From a virus (taxonomy: Duplodnaviria; Caudoviricetes): a stretch of DNA of 45,762 bases. Below are positions 7,215 through 15,691 of the stretch, in pieces. The notes under the pieces were generated by a model that was not told the DNA's origin, made no database searches, and saw only the letters and a list, made by a program, of their open reading frames with translations. How positions within the stretch are numbered: the stretch's first letter is position 1; every line of letters starts with the position of its first letter. A program made the translations under genes and the position numbers. The DNA lies in IMG/VR virus record IMGVR_UViG_3300021490_000003, positions 1-45,762 of that record; one strand, 5' to 3'.

Positions 7215-8520
7215 TAAAATGGACGAATCTATTATCTTTGAAAAAGACCCCAAGGAAATAAAGATAGCTGAGGATCTTCCAAGGTATAGGAAGGAGATCC
7301 CCAAGCTAAAAGAGTTATTAGCTTCAATAGAGAGATTTGGCCAGCTTGTCCCTATCGTCATAACAAAGGACAATGTTCTTGTAGCTGGTGGTAGAAGACT
7401 GGCAGCATGTCTCTTAGGAAACATAAAAGTAAAATGTATCTACAAAGACACAGCCAGCCCACTCCAAATAAGGGAGATAGAGCTTGAAGAGAATCTTCAA
7501 AGAGAAGATCTATCTCCTGCAGAGGAGGCTGAAGCTATTGCAGATCTTCATAGAATAAGACAAAAACTTTATGGCGAAGCCCAGCCAGGAAAGAAGGGAG
7601 GCTGGCGTTTGAAAGATACAGCTGCATCTATAGGAAAAACCCCTGGTTCAGTAGTAGAAGCCATAAAGATAACTGAGATTCTAAAGGATTTTCCTGAACT
7701 AAGAACACTTCCTACAAAGAAGGCAATTAAAAAAGCTGTAAAAGGAGCCGAAGCTGTTGTAACAAAGCTCGCAGCCCTTGAGAAAGCCCAAGAGGTTTTA
7801 GAAAAGCAACAAAGCTGTGATATTTGTCAAGCAAATGCAGTAGAATACTTGAAAAATATAAAAGATAACTCTATAGATATAATCATAACAGATCCTCCTT
7901 ATGGTATAAATATAGATGAAGTTCAACAGCAGATAGGAGGAAAGCCAGGAGGACAATCTCTTACTGGCCATAAGTTTTCTGATGATCCAGAAATTAGTTT
8001 ATCTTTATATAAGATCTTGGCAAAAGAATCTTTCAGAATATCCAAGCCAACGTCCCATGCCTGGATTTTTGTATGCCCTGAATATTTTTCTACTATAAGA
8101 AGATTTTTTGTGGATAACAACTGGGACGCTCATATAAGGCCTATAATATGGATAAAAAGAACTGTAGGCCAGTGTAACATCCCAAAAAACTGGCCATCAG
8201 CCTGCTATGAAATGATTCTCTATTGTCGAAGAGTAGATTCTGTTATTATCGAACAAGGAAAACCTGACTGGATTCAGTGTGATCCTGTTTTGTCAGATAA
8301 AAGGCTCCATCCCACAGAGAAACCAGTCCCTTTAATAAAGGAACTCTTACAGAGAGTAGCTTACCCTGGCCAGGTCTTATTAGATCCTTTCCTTGGAAGC
8401 GGTGCGATAATAGAAGCTGGTTTACAACATAATCTTATATGCAAAGGCTGTGAGATAGATAAAGCTATTTATGCAACAGCTGTTGATAGATTATCAAAGG
8501 TCAAAAATGAAGCCAACTAA
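7204..8520 (+). CDS. ParB/Srx-HTH fused to beta-class N6-adenine/N4-cytosine DNA methyltransferase
   Basis: GQLVPI, LVAGGRRLAA, EENLQREDL, HTH (LKDTAASIGKTPGSV); TDPPY, HPTEKP, LDPFLGSG. Start is TTG 7204 or ATG 7219. Confidence 0.9.
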   Translation: MNLLKMDESIIFEKDPKEIKIAEDLPRYRKEIPKLKELLASIERFGQLVPIVITKDNVLVAGGRRLAACLLGNIKVKCIYKDTASPLQIREIELEENLQREDLSPAEEAEAIADLHRIRQKLYGEAQPGKKGGWRLKDTAASIGKTPGSVVEAIKITEILKDFPELRTLPTKKAIKKAVKGAEAVVTKLAALEKAQEVLEKQQSCDICQANAVEYLKNIKDNSIDIIITDPPYGINIDEVQQQIGGKPGGQSLTGHKFSDDPEISLSLYKILAKESFRISKPTSHAWIFVCPEYFSTIRRFFVDNNWDAHIRPIIWIKRTVGQCNIPKNWPSACYEMILYCRRVDSVIIEQGKPDWIQCDPVLSDKRLHPTEKPVPLIKELLQRVAYPGQVLLDPFLGSGAIIEAGLQHNLICKGCEIDKAIYATAVDRLSKVKNEAN

Positions 8521-8881
8521 GGTATACTTGGCATCTCCTTATACACATGAACAGTATCTTGTAAGAGCCCTTAGAGCAAAAGCAGCCGCCAGGGCTGCAG
8601 GGGTTCTTCTGAAAGCAGGATATCTTGTTTTCTCTCCTATAGTGCATGGTCACTTAATTGCTATGTACTCCAAGTTTCCTGTTCCTATAGATTATTCTTA
8701 TTGGGAGTCTCTAAATAAAGAATTTATAATATGGTCGGATGTCTTATACATTCTTACTTTAGATGGATGGGAAGACTCTGCAGGAATAGAAAGAGAGATA
8801 GATATAGCCAAAACTTACAATAAGGAAATATATTTATGGCAAGGTACATTGGAACAGTTGGCCCTTGTAAAGCCAATATAA
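8507..8881 (+). CDS. DUF1937 / nucleoside 2-deoxyribosyltransferase-like protein
   Basis: VYLASPYT, VFSPIVHGH, GWEDSAGIEREI. Confidence 0.8.
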   Translation: MKPTKVYLASPYTHEQYLVRALRAKAAARAAGVLLKAGYLVFSPIVHGHLIAMYSKFPVPIDYSYWESLNKEFIIWSDVLYILTLDGWEDSAGIEREIDIAKTYNKEIYLWQGTLEQLALVKPI

Positions 8882-11163
8882 TGCTTGTTGGCGAGGCTCC
8901 TGGAGCTGAGGAAGATCTAACAGGTCTTCCTTTTGTAGGTCCTGCAGGAAAGACCTTAAATATCCTATTGGCTAAAGCTGGTATTATAAGGGAAGAATGT
9001 CTTATAGCCAACGTGGCAAGGGAGAGGCCTCCTAAGAACAATATAGGATATTACTTCCATGATAAAAAGCAGACAATTCCTAAACCAGAACTATCCGCTT
9101 GGATTGAAGAACTAAAGAGAGATGTAGAAACCTATAAGCCTAATGTCGTAATAGCCCTTGGAGCAACAGCCCTATGGGCCTTGACAGGTATAAGAGGAAT
9201 AAAGTCCGCCAGGGGCTATATCATGGAGTCTACTCTTGTTCCTGGACAAAAAGTCCTTCCTACCTATCATCCTCAGGCTGTTGGATATTCTTGGAATTTA
9301 TCCTATATAGCAGTCCTTGATCTAAAGAAAGCTTTATATCACAGTGTTTTTCCAGGGATAAGAAAGGACAGCAGAACCTTTGATATAGATCCTTCAAAGG
9401 ATGCTTTTATAGATATATGTAAGAATGTATTTCTAAAGGAAAATAAACCATTAGCAGTAGATATTGAGGCTACTAAGGCTCACATAAACAGAATAGGCTT
9501 TTCTAATAGCCCATATTGGGGTGTATCTTTAGGAATCTTAGATGGCTCTTATCCAAGGTTCCCTGAACGAGATGAATTAGAGATATGGTATTGGATAGCA
9601 AAGGTTCTATCTTCTGTTCCTCTTGTTTTTCATAATGCTACTTATGACATAAGCGTTCTATGGAAGAGGAATCATATCTACTGCAAAAATATCTACATGG
9701 ACACAATGATAGCAGCTCATTGTTGCTGGCCAGAACTACCAAGAAGCCTGGACTTTGTGTCCAGTATTTGCTTAGACGTTCCTATGTGGAAGTTTCTATC
9801 CCACGAAAACCCTGGGTTTTACAACGTACAAGATGCTATTAATACTGCAGCTTTGATAGAACCTTTGAAAGATAGGCTAAAAGCCCATCATGAGGAAGAA
9901 ACCTTTAAAAGAGAAATGTCCTGGATTAAGCCCGCAGCTATGATGCAATTACAAGGAATAGATGTTTCTCTTGAAAAAAGAGATAAAATAAGAAAAGATG
10001 CTGAAAAAAGACTAAAAGAAATAGATGCAAAGTTGCTCTCTTTGACTGGAAGGAATGATATAAACTATAACAGCCCAGACCAAATAAAGAAACTTTTGTA
10101 TATAGACTTAGGTCTTCCTCTTCAGTTTAAAAGAAGAAAAAGCGTAAAGGAAGACAGAAAGATAACTACTGAAGAAAAGGCTTTAAAGAACCTTGCAAGA
10201 ATACACGAGGTGCCTGCTTATATAATTAAAAGAAGAAAATGTCAGAAGTTAATATCTACCTTCTTAGATATAGAGACATCTCCAGAAGGAAAGATATATA
10301 CTTCTTATAATATAACAGGTACAGATCTTGGGGGTCGATGGTCTTCAAGTAAATCTATTATAGACCCTTATGGGCCAGGAAATCTTCAAAATATACCTAA
10401 AGCTGCAAGGAAACTATATATTGTATCAAATAATGAAGTCTTATTGGAGGCTGACTATGTTCAGGCAGAGGCTGTTGTGGTAGCTTATTTAAGTCTTGAC
10501 ATGGCTCTTATGAAGATGTTCCAAGAATCCTTTGGGATGTCTCCTTCTGAAAGAAAGAAAAATCACGATGTCCACAGATATACAGCGTCTATAATGTACG
10601 AAGTAGATATAGACGATGTTACTTCTGAACAACGATCTATAGGGAAAACCTTAAGACACGCCGGAAACTATGCAGCTGGTCCAGGTGTAGTTGCGGATAA
10701 GCTAAATATAACTATGCAGCAAGCCAAGCCTTTGCTTAAAAGATACTTTGACAAAAACCCTATGCTTGTTCTATGGCACAAGCGTATACAAGAAGAGCTG
10801 AGAAGATCAAGGTCCTTGACAAACCTCTTTGGAAGATCACATCTATTTCTTGATAGATGGGGAGAGGCTCTCTTTAGAAGGGCTTATTCTTATATTCCAC
10901 AAACAACAGTAGGTGACTTATTGAATTCTTCTCTAAGAGATTTTTATGAAAGATATGGAGATAGATATAAAATATATCTTCAACTTCACGATGCAATTTA
11001 TTTAAGGATACCAAAGAAAGAAGTAGATACTGTTATTCCTCTACTTAGAGATTGTATGATAAAGGAAATCCCTGTAGGTCAAGAGATCATGAAAATAGAT
11101 GTAGATTTCAAGATGGGATCTAACTGGGGAGAGATGGAAGAGCTGGATATATCATGGAGATAA
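8836..11163 (+). CDS. polA: family A DNA polymerase with N-terminal family-4 uracil-DNA glycosylase domain and 3'-5' exonuclease
   Basis: UDG: VGEAPGAEE, PFVGPAG, TYHP. Exo: DIE, HNATYD, YNVQD. Pol: ADYVQAE, RSIGKTLRHAGNY, LHDA. Confidence 0.92.
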   Translation: MARYIGTVGPCKANIMLVGEAPGAEEDLTGLPFVGPAGKTLNILLAKAGIIREECLIANVARERPPKNNIGYYFHDKKQTIPKPELSAWIEELKRDVETYKPNVVIALGATALWALTGIRGIKSARGYIMESTLVPGQKVLPTYHPQAVGYSWNLSYIAVLDLKKALYHSVFPGIRKDSRTFDIDPSKDAFIDICKNVFLKENKPLAVDIEATKAHINRIGFSNSPYWGVSLGILDGSYPRFPERDELEIWYWIAKVLSSVPLVFHNATYDISVLWKRNHIYCKNIYMDTMIAAHCCWPELPRSLDFVSSICLDVPMWKFLSHENPGFYNVQDAINTAALIEPLKDRLKAHHEEETFKREMSWIKPAAMMQLQGIDVSLEKRDKIRKDAEKRLKEIDAKLLSLTGRNDINYNSPDQIKKLLYIDLGLPLQFKRRKSVKEDRKITTEEKALKNLARIHEVPAYIIKRRKCQKLISTFLDIETSPEGKIYTSYNITGTDLGGRWSSSKSIIDPYGPGNLQNIPKAARKLYIVSNNEVLLEADYVQAEAVVVAYLSLDMALMKMFQESFGMSPSERKKNHDVHRYTASIMYEVDIDDVTSEQRSIGKTLRHAGNYAAGPGVVADKLNITMQQAKPLLKRYFDKNPMLVLWHKRIQEELRRSRSLTNLFGRSHLFLDRWGEALFRRAYSYIPQTTVGDLLNSSLRDFYERYGDRYKIYLQLHDAIYLRIPKKEVDTVIPLLRDCMIKEIPVGQEIMKIDVDFKMGSNWGEMEELDISWR

Positions 11164-11318
11164 AAAGAGGAGACAAAGAATATTCTGAATCAAGTTTAGC
11201 TCAGATTATTGGAGCAGTAATGATAGTTGGAGTAGTTCTCCTTGCTCCCTTGGCTTTAATATTCCGGGTTTTTGATGGAATAACAAAGCTTGTTCTTTGG
11301 ATATTTAAGAAACTATAG
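11154..11318 (+). CDS. small membrane protein (54 aa, not in ORF track)
   Basis: MEIKRGDKEYSESSLAQIIGAVMIVGVVLLAPLALIFRVF...; one hydrophobic helix. Confidence 0.6.
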   Translation: MEIKRGDKEYSESSLAQIIGAVMIVGVVLLAPLALIFRVFDGITKLVLWIFKKL

Positions 11319-11331
11319 AAGGAGAATATCT

Positions 11332-11505
11332 ATAAGCAAGGTCTTGCGTCTAACCACTGCACAGAAAATGGATGCCTTGAGTCCACTTTGCCACTGGACT
11401 TATGATTGGCATTCTAACAGAGAGCCTCCTACGGAATTTCAGAGATTTTGTAGAAGGCAATGGGCAAGGTTGTATAAGATATATAAGAAAGAAGAGCAAG
11501 AATGA
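11332..11505 (+). CDS. hypothetical protein with apparent ATA start
   Basis: AAGGAG, 7 nt, ATA AGC AAG; in frame with ORF 11290..11505. Confidence 0.45.
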   Translation: MSKVLRLTTAQKMDALSPLCHWTYDWHSNREPPTEFQRFCRRQWARLYKIYKKEEQE

Positions 11506-11627
11506 AAATCACTTCCTTTGATTTATTTACTTTAGTAAAATACCCCTGTTGGCATATATTTGTGCTGTAAAGGAATAGTATCTTGGCCGGTATTTATGCT
11601 ACTGGTCCTCTTTACTTTTGAGATCAA

Positions 11628-11930
11628 ATGGAAAATAAAGCCATGATAAAAGACACTCGTGAAACTTACTATTACTCTTCCAGTGGAAAGAACGAAAATA
11701 ACACCAAGCCAAGATTCAAGGTAGGGGACAAACTGCTTACCCTCTACAATGGAGAGATAATATCTCAAACTCCACACAAGATAGTTTGGGATAAAGAGTT
11801 TGGAGGCTGGCTTGTGTTCTGTCACCTGATCGGAGTGCATGAGCAGAATTACATACATGAATCAGAAAGAGAGGACTGGATTCCTCATGAAGATGGTCTT
11901 TGGTCTTGGTGGGAAAGAAAGCATAATTAA
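11628..11930 (+). CDS. hypothetical protein
   Basis: PRFKVGDK motif common in small phage proteins; start may be 11643. Confidence 0.6.
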   Translation: MENKAMIKDTRETYYYSSSGKNENNTKPRFKVGDKLLTLYNGEIISQTPHKIVWDKEFGGWLVFCHLIGVHEQNYIHESEREDWIPHEDGLWSWWERKHN

Positions 11931-11950
11931 TTACTTAAAAGGAGAAGAAA

Positions 11951-12250
11951 ATGTTAGACAAATCATCAATGAAAGAAAACACAATCTTACCGAAGGAAGA
12001 AGTAGGCTTAACAGACGGAAGATTCAAAGAAGTCTCCGAAGCTATGAAACATACTATAGATCTTGTGTTAAATTTAGATACGACGGTAAAACACAAGATA
12101 CGTAATATGCTCGGGCCACTTCCCCCAGAAGCCGTTAGAGAAGAGGCACCTGAAGAAAAGCCTACCTGCTGGATAGACGAAATTTATAGATATCAAAAGG
12201 CAGTCATGTGTGTACTTCAGAGTATACTTGAAAATGTTAAGTCTATCTAA
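11951..12250 (+). CDS. hypothetical protein
   Basis: AAAGGAG RBS. Confidence 0.7.
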   Translation: MLDKSSMKENTILPKEEVGLTDGRFKEVSEAMKHTIDLVLNLDTTVKHKIRNMLGPLPPEAVREEAPEEKPTCWIDEIYRYQKAVMCVLQSILENVKSI

Positions 12251-12276
12251 ACTCAGATAAGAAAGGAGTTAAACCA

Positions 12277-12468
12277 ATGGCTTGTGAATATATTTGCGAC
12301 GGCTGTGGAAAACGAGAACCTGCAGATTTTAATGGCAGAGAATGGACCAAGCCATCTTCCTGGTATCAGCGAAGCGATGAGGATGGCATCCAAGACGCTT
12401 GTTGCCGAGAATGTATCAAGATAATCTCAGAGAAAACAGGCAAAACATCTGTAGTGTTGCCTATGTAG
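12277..12468 (+). CDS. small zinc-finger protein
   Basis: CDGCG...CCREC; AAAGGAG RBS. Confidence 0.75.
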   Translation: MACEYICDGCGKREPADFNGREWTKPSSWYQRSDEDGIQDACCRECIKIISEKTGKTSVVLPM

Positions 12469-12494
12469 GAGGAAAGGCAAGATTGGAAACTAAC

Positions 12495-12689
12495 ATGGAA
12501 TCCTGGTTACTTGCAGTGCAAGCCAATATAGAGGCAGTAAAAGTTGAAGTCCAAGGCATGATCGCTGCAAATCAAGAGCGTATAAGCAAGGGTGAAGCTA
12601 TTGCATACAATGAAGAGGCATTTCAAGAGAAAGCCAAAATTCTTTATGATCTTGAAGGCTTTCTTATGGAGAATGCTGATCATGAATAA
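12495..12689 (+). CDS. hypothetical protein
   Basis: GMIAANQER...AYNEEAF; start 12483 or 12495. Confidence 0.65.
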   Translation: MESWLLAVQANIEAVKVEVQGMIAANQERISKGEAIAYNEEAFQEKAKILYDLEGFLMENADHE

Positions 12690-12927
12690 AGCATCAGAAA
12701 AATTACTTAAAGAAATCTACAATATAGATACCGAAGCTGGCCATAGATTCCGTTATCACATAATGAGAGCGGAGGCTTGCCCAAAGTATGCCAAAGAAAT
12801 AGGCTTTAATGAGCGTGATAACTTAATCTCTTCTTTCGTATGGGCTCGTACTTTAGAAGGGCATAATTACTGGAAGAGGATATTTGATCTGCGTCGCCCT
12901 TCTGAGCCTCATTGCCTTGTAATGTAA
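12682..12927 (+). CDS. hypothetical protein
   Basis: GGAG RBS; FVWARTLEGHNYW. Confidence 0.65.
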   Translation: MNKASEKLLKEIYNIDTEAGHRFRYHIMRAEACPKYAKEIGFNERDNLISSFVWARTLEGHNYWKRIFDLRRPSEPHCLVM

Positions 12928-12931
12928 AGAC

Positions 12932-13277
12932 ATGAAGATAATAATAGACACAGAAAAAATCCTAAAGAAAGTTAAAATAGGCGGCAGAATGATTGAGGTG
13001 CTATATCCTTATCAGTTCAAAGAGAGGGACGATCTGTGTGGCCAGGCGCATTATTCCCTGGGGACTATCTTTTTGGCTGACAAAGATGGCTCTGGAAATG
13101 AATATCCAAAGGAAGCCGTTTTTTGAGAATTTCATCCATGAAGTTCTACATTGTATCTGCCATACTTATAATGGCGAGATACAGATAGAGGAAAGAGAAA
13201 TTTGTGCCTTATCTCATGGATGGTATCAAGTCCTTGTAGATAATTTTGGAGAAGTAGATGAAAGAGAAAATATATAG
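12932..13277 (+). pseudogene. HExxH metallopeptidase-like protein split by a +1 frameshift at TTT TGA
   Basis: Frame 1 ends ...YPKEAVF* at T6 run 13119-13124; the +1 frame continues ENFIHEVLHCI...EEREICALSHGWYQVLVDN. Confidence 0.7.
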
Positions 13278-13626
13278 AATTGAAGAACATGCTGATTGTC
13301 ACGAACCCAGGTACAGGTACAGATTCTGCAGCCTCTACAATGGTACAAGAGGAACCTGGGGCACCAAAGAAAACACCATCAAGGAAGGAGAACTCCACCA
13401 AAAGATAGTATTAGCATTAGCTGGTGGCAAAGATACAGAGCTCCAACTTATATCAAGAAATAATCTTAATATTCTGCATGATCTAATTGGCACAGCTTCT
13501 TCACGCTTAGATAAAATTGAAGTATCCGATGAAAAGTGGGGATACCAAGTCGAGAAAAAGCAGGTTCTGGATATCTTAGGCCAGGCGAAGCAAATAATTG
13601 AAGGATGGAGACATGAAACCACGTAA
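13258..13626 (+). CDS. hypothetical protein
   Basis: GGAG RBS; overlap packing. Confidence 0.65.
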   Translation: MKEKIYRIEEHADCHEPRYRYRFCSLYNGTRGTWGTKENTIKEGELHQKIVLALAGGKDTELQLISRNNLNILHDLIGTASSRLDKIEVSDEKWGYQVEKKQVLDILGQAKQIIEGWRHETT

Positions 13627-13831
13627 AGGATATGTAAAAGCCTATAAAACAGAGGAAGGATGGAAGAAAGAGAAGAGAGATTGCCTTGTTCATGGGTTCT
13701 TTAACTGGTCTGATCAGATCGAGGCAGGGCCAATGGCAGTTGTGGAGTTTAATGATGGAACTGTGCAGGAGATACCTGTAGAGGATGTTGTTTTTACAGA
13801 AAGTTATGAGAGATGGTCTATACAGAATTGA
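13613..13831 (+). CDS. hypothetical protein
   Basis: HGFFNW...AVVEFNDGTV; GGAG RBS. Confidence 0.65.
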   Translation: MKPRKGYVKAYKTEEGWKKEKRDCLVHGFFNWSDQIEAGPMAVVEFNDGTVQEIPVEDVVFTESYERWSIQN

Positions 13832-13949
13832 AAAGCCTTATCTTTGCGCAGGCTTTGTTATCAAAAACAATAAAGTTATTGCCTGCGCACCAATTCTAAG
13901 AAGGAAAATAAATTATTGGAAAACAGTTGCTACATGGATTTGTTTATAG
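13806..13949 (+). CDS. small hypothetical protein (47 aa, not in ORF track)
   Basis: MRDGLYRIEKPYLCAGFVIKNNKVIACAPILRRK...; fills the intergenic gap. Confidence 0.55.
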   Translation: MRDGLYRIEKPYLCAGFVIKNNKVIACAPILRRKINYWKTVATWICL

Positions 13950-13997
13950 CTTAGGAGAAGCGTATGAAACCAGAAGGTCAATTAGTTGAATGGATAA

Positions 13998-14267
13998 ATG
14001 GATAAAATGAAACCCATCACAATCGGAGGTGAACTCTTCCCAAAAGAGTGCCCAGAAAACTGCCCTGGGAAGAAAGACAGTCTCTTTCAAGATAGTTTTT
14101 GTATTCGCTGTCCTATCTTTTTTATTAATATTGGAAAAGATTTTATGTTAATCTGTCCAAACGACTACCGAAGAGATTGGGCAAGAGCTTGGAAAGAATG
14201 GTTTGACAGTGGAATGAAGGGATATCCTGAACTGCCTTTGGCGGAAAGGAAAGGAGGTATAAGATAA
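13998..14267 (+). CDS. Cys-rich hypothetical protein
   Basis: CPENCP...CIRCP...CP. Confidence 0.6.
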   Translation: MDKMKPITIGGELFPKECPENCPGKKDSLFQDSFCIRCPIFFINIGKDFMLICPNDYRRDWARAWKEWFDSGMKGYPELPLAERKGGIR

Positions 14268-14485
14268 TGTTCGACCGATTTTGTGAGAAGTTTTTGCCGG
14301 TCTATTTGAGATTTTGGCCTACAAATTACTGGTTAGCAATTTGGTCTGCTCCAGTTCGATGTAAGGGCGTTGAAAATGTACTGCCAGACAGAAAAGATAC
14401 AGCATGGCAAGCGTTAAGAATTACTATTCGTCGTGGTGAATGCCATGAACATCTTGTCTTAACTATCAAGCAGGGGGTGATATGA
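14267..14485 (+). CDS. hypothetical protein
   Basis: AAGGAGG RBS; TAATG overlap. Confidence 0.6.
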   Translation: MFDRFCEKFLPVYLRFWPTNYWLAIWSAPVRCKGVENVLPDRKDTAWQALRITIRRGECHEHLVLTIKQGVI

Positions 14486-14646
14486 ACGGAAGAAGAGCTA
14501 AAAGAATTAGAAAGGCAATCTATGGCGACTTTTCTATTAGAAATACTGAATATACCATAGACATGAATGGAACAATCCGCTGTGAAGGGAGAAGGAAACT
14601 TTACAAAGAGGCCAAGAAAAATGCCAAGAATAAATACATTAGATAA
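14482..14646 (+). CDS. small basic protein (54 aa, not in ORF track)
   Basis: MNGRRAKRIRKAIYG...RKLYKEAKK; GGGGGTG RBS and ATGA overlap. Confidence 0.6.
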   Translation: MNGRRAKRIRKAIYGDFSIRNTEYTIDMNGTIRCEGRRKLYKEAKKNAKNKYIR

Positions 14647-14782
14647 GAAGAAGAAACTAAAAGAAGAAGTACGTAGGCGACTTGCTATTAAGAGACAAAG
14701 AAGAGACCTTGTTGCTCCACCAAGACCGCCTCGTTATGACAAAGTATTTTTCGAAGGCCTGAAATGGCTTGATAATTTATAG
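14621..14782 (+). CDS. small basic protein
   Basis: MPRINTLDKKKKLKEEVRRR; GAGG upstream. Confidence 0.5.
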   Translation: MPRINTLDKKKKLKEEVRRRLAIKRQRRDLVAPPRPPRYDKVFFEGLKWLDNL

Positions 14783-14792
14783 AGGAAATGAA

Positions 14793-15095
14793 ATGAATCA
14801 AGACACCTTAATGAATATGATCAGATATAGACATCATGTATGCCTCTTAACTCTTAACCGCAAGTCGACAATATATTCATCTCAAGATGATAGACTTTCT
14901 AATTTCAAGGACGTTGCATCCATGAATCAGATAACTCCACAAAATGCCTTATGGAGCATGGTAAGTAAGCACATTATTGCTGTAAGGGATATGATTCTTT
15001 CCGGCAGCATTCCTACAGAGCAGTGGATTGAAGAATATCTTGGAGACATTCACAATTATATGTTTTTGCTTGAAGCAATTTGGAGGGAGAAATGA
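14793..15095 (+). CDS. DUF1599 / nucleotide-modification-associated (MazG-like helical) protein
   Basis: KSTIYS..DRLSNF, SKH, GDIHNY pattern; adjacent to thyX. Confidence 0.6.
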   Translation: MNQDTLMNMIRYRHHVCLLTLNRKSTIYSSQDDRLSNFKDVASMNQITPQNALWSMVSKHIIAVRDMILSGSIPTEQWIEEYLGDIHNYMFLLEAIWREK

Positions 15096-15691
15096 AGATA
15101 ATGGACCAGTCAGTAGAACTTCTTTGGATAACTGCCAATCCAGAAAAACAGATTGAAATAGCTGGCAGGACCTGCTACAAAAGTGAAGATAGAATCACGT
15201 ATGATTCTGCTGGCAGATTTGTAGCTATGTTAAAAGATTCAGGCCATCATGCTATGCTGGAACATGCTGTTGCATCTTTTAAGATTATAACAGATAGAGG
15301 AATATCTCATGAAATTGTTAGACACAGGATAGCATCTTATGCCCAGGAGAGTACAAGGTACTGCAATTATAGTAAAGAAAAGTTCGAAAAGGAATGTGCC
15401 TTTATCCAACCTCCAGATTTAAGCTACGGGCAAACGATTGCTTGGAGAAACGCCTGTCGATATGCAGAAAGCTTTTACTTTGAGTTATTAGATGCAGGCT
15501 GTTCTCCACAGATTGCAAGAGCAGTCCTACCAACCTGCCTAAAGACTGAAATAGTAATGACAGCTAATCTAAGAGAATGGAGACACTTCATTAAACTAAG
15601 GAGTTCTAAAGCCGCCCATCCGCAGATTCAAGAAATAGCAAATCTCATAAAAGAAATACTTCTCCAATATGCTCCAAACGTTATAAAATGA
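15092..15691 (+). CDS. thyX: FAD-dependent thymidylate synthase
   Basis: GHHAMLEH, RHRIASYAQESTRY (RHRx7S), NLREWRHFIKLR, AHPQI. Confidence 0.95.
   Translation: MKIMDQSVELLWITANPEKQIEIAGRTCYKSEDRITYDSAGRFVAMLKDSGHHAMLEHAVASFKIITDRGISHEIVRHRIASYAQESTRYCNYSKEKFEKECAFIQPPDLSYGQTIAWRNACRYAESFYFELLDAGCSPQIARAVLPTCLKTEIVMTANLREWRHFIKLRSSKAAHPQIQEIANLIKEILLQYAPNVIK

Noticed and set aside
13124-13126. TGA readthrough or alternative genetic code
   Set aside because: The same frame stops again four codons later, the continuation is in the +1 frame, and large genes are intact under code 11.
13971-13990. Seventh palindrome copy (CAGAAGGTCAATTAGTTGAA)
   Set aside because: It needs indels and lacks the right arm; too degenerate to count.
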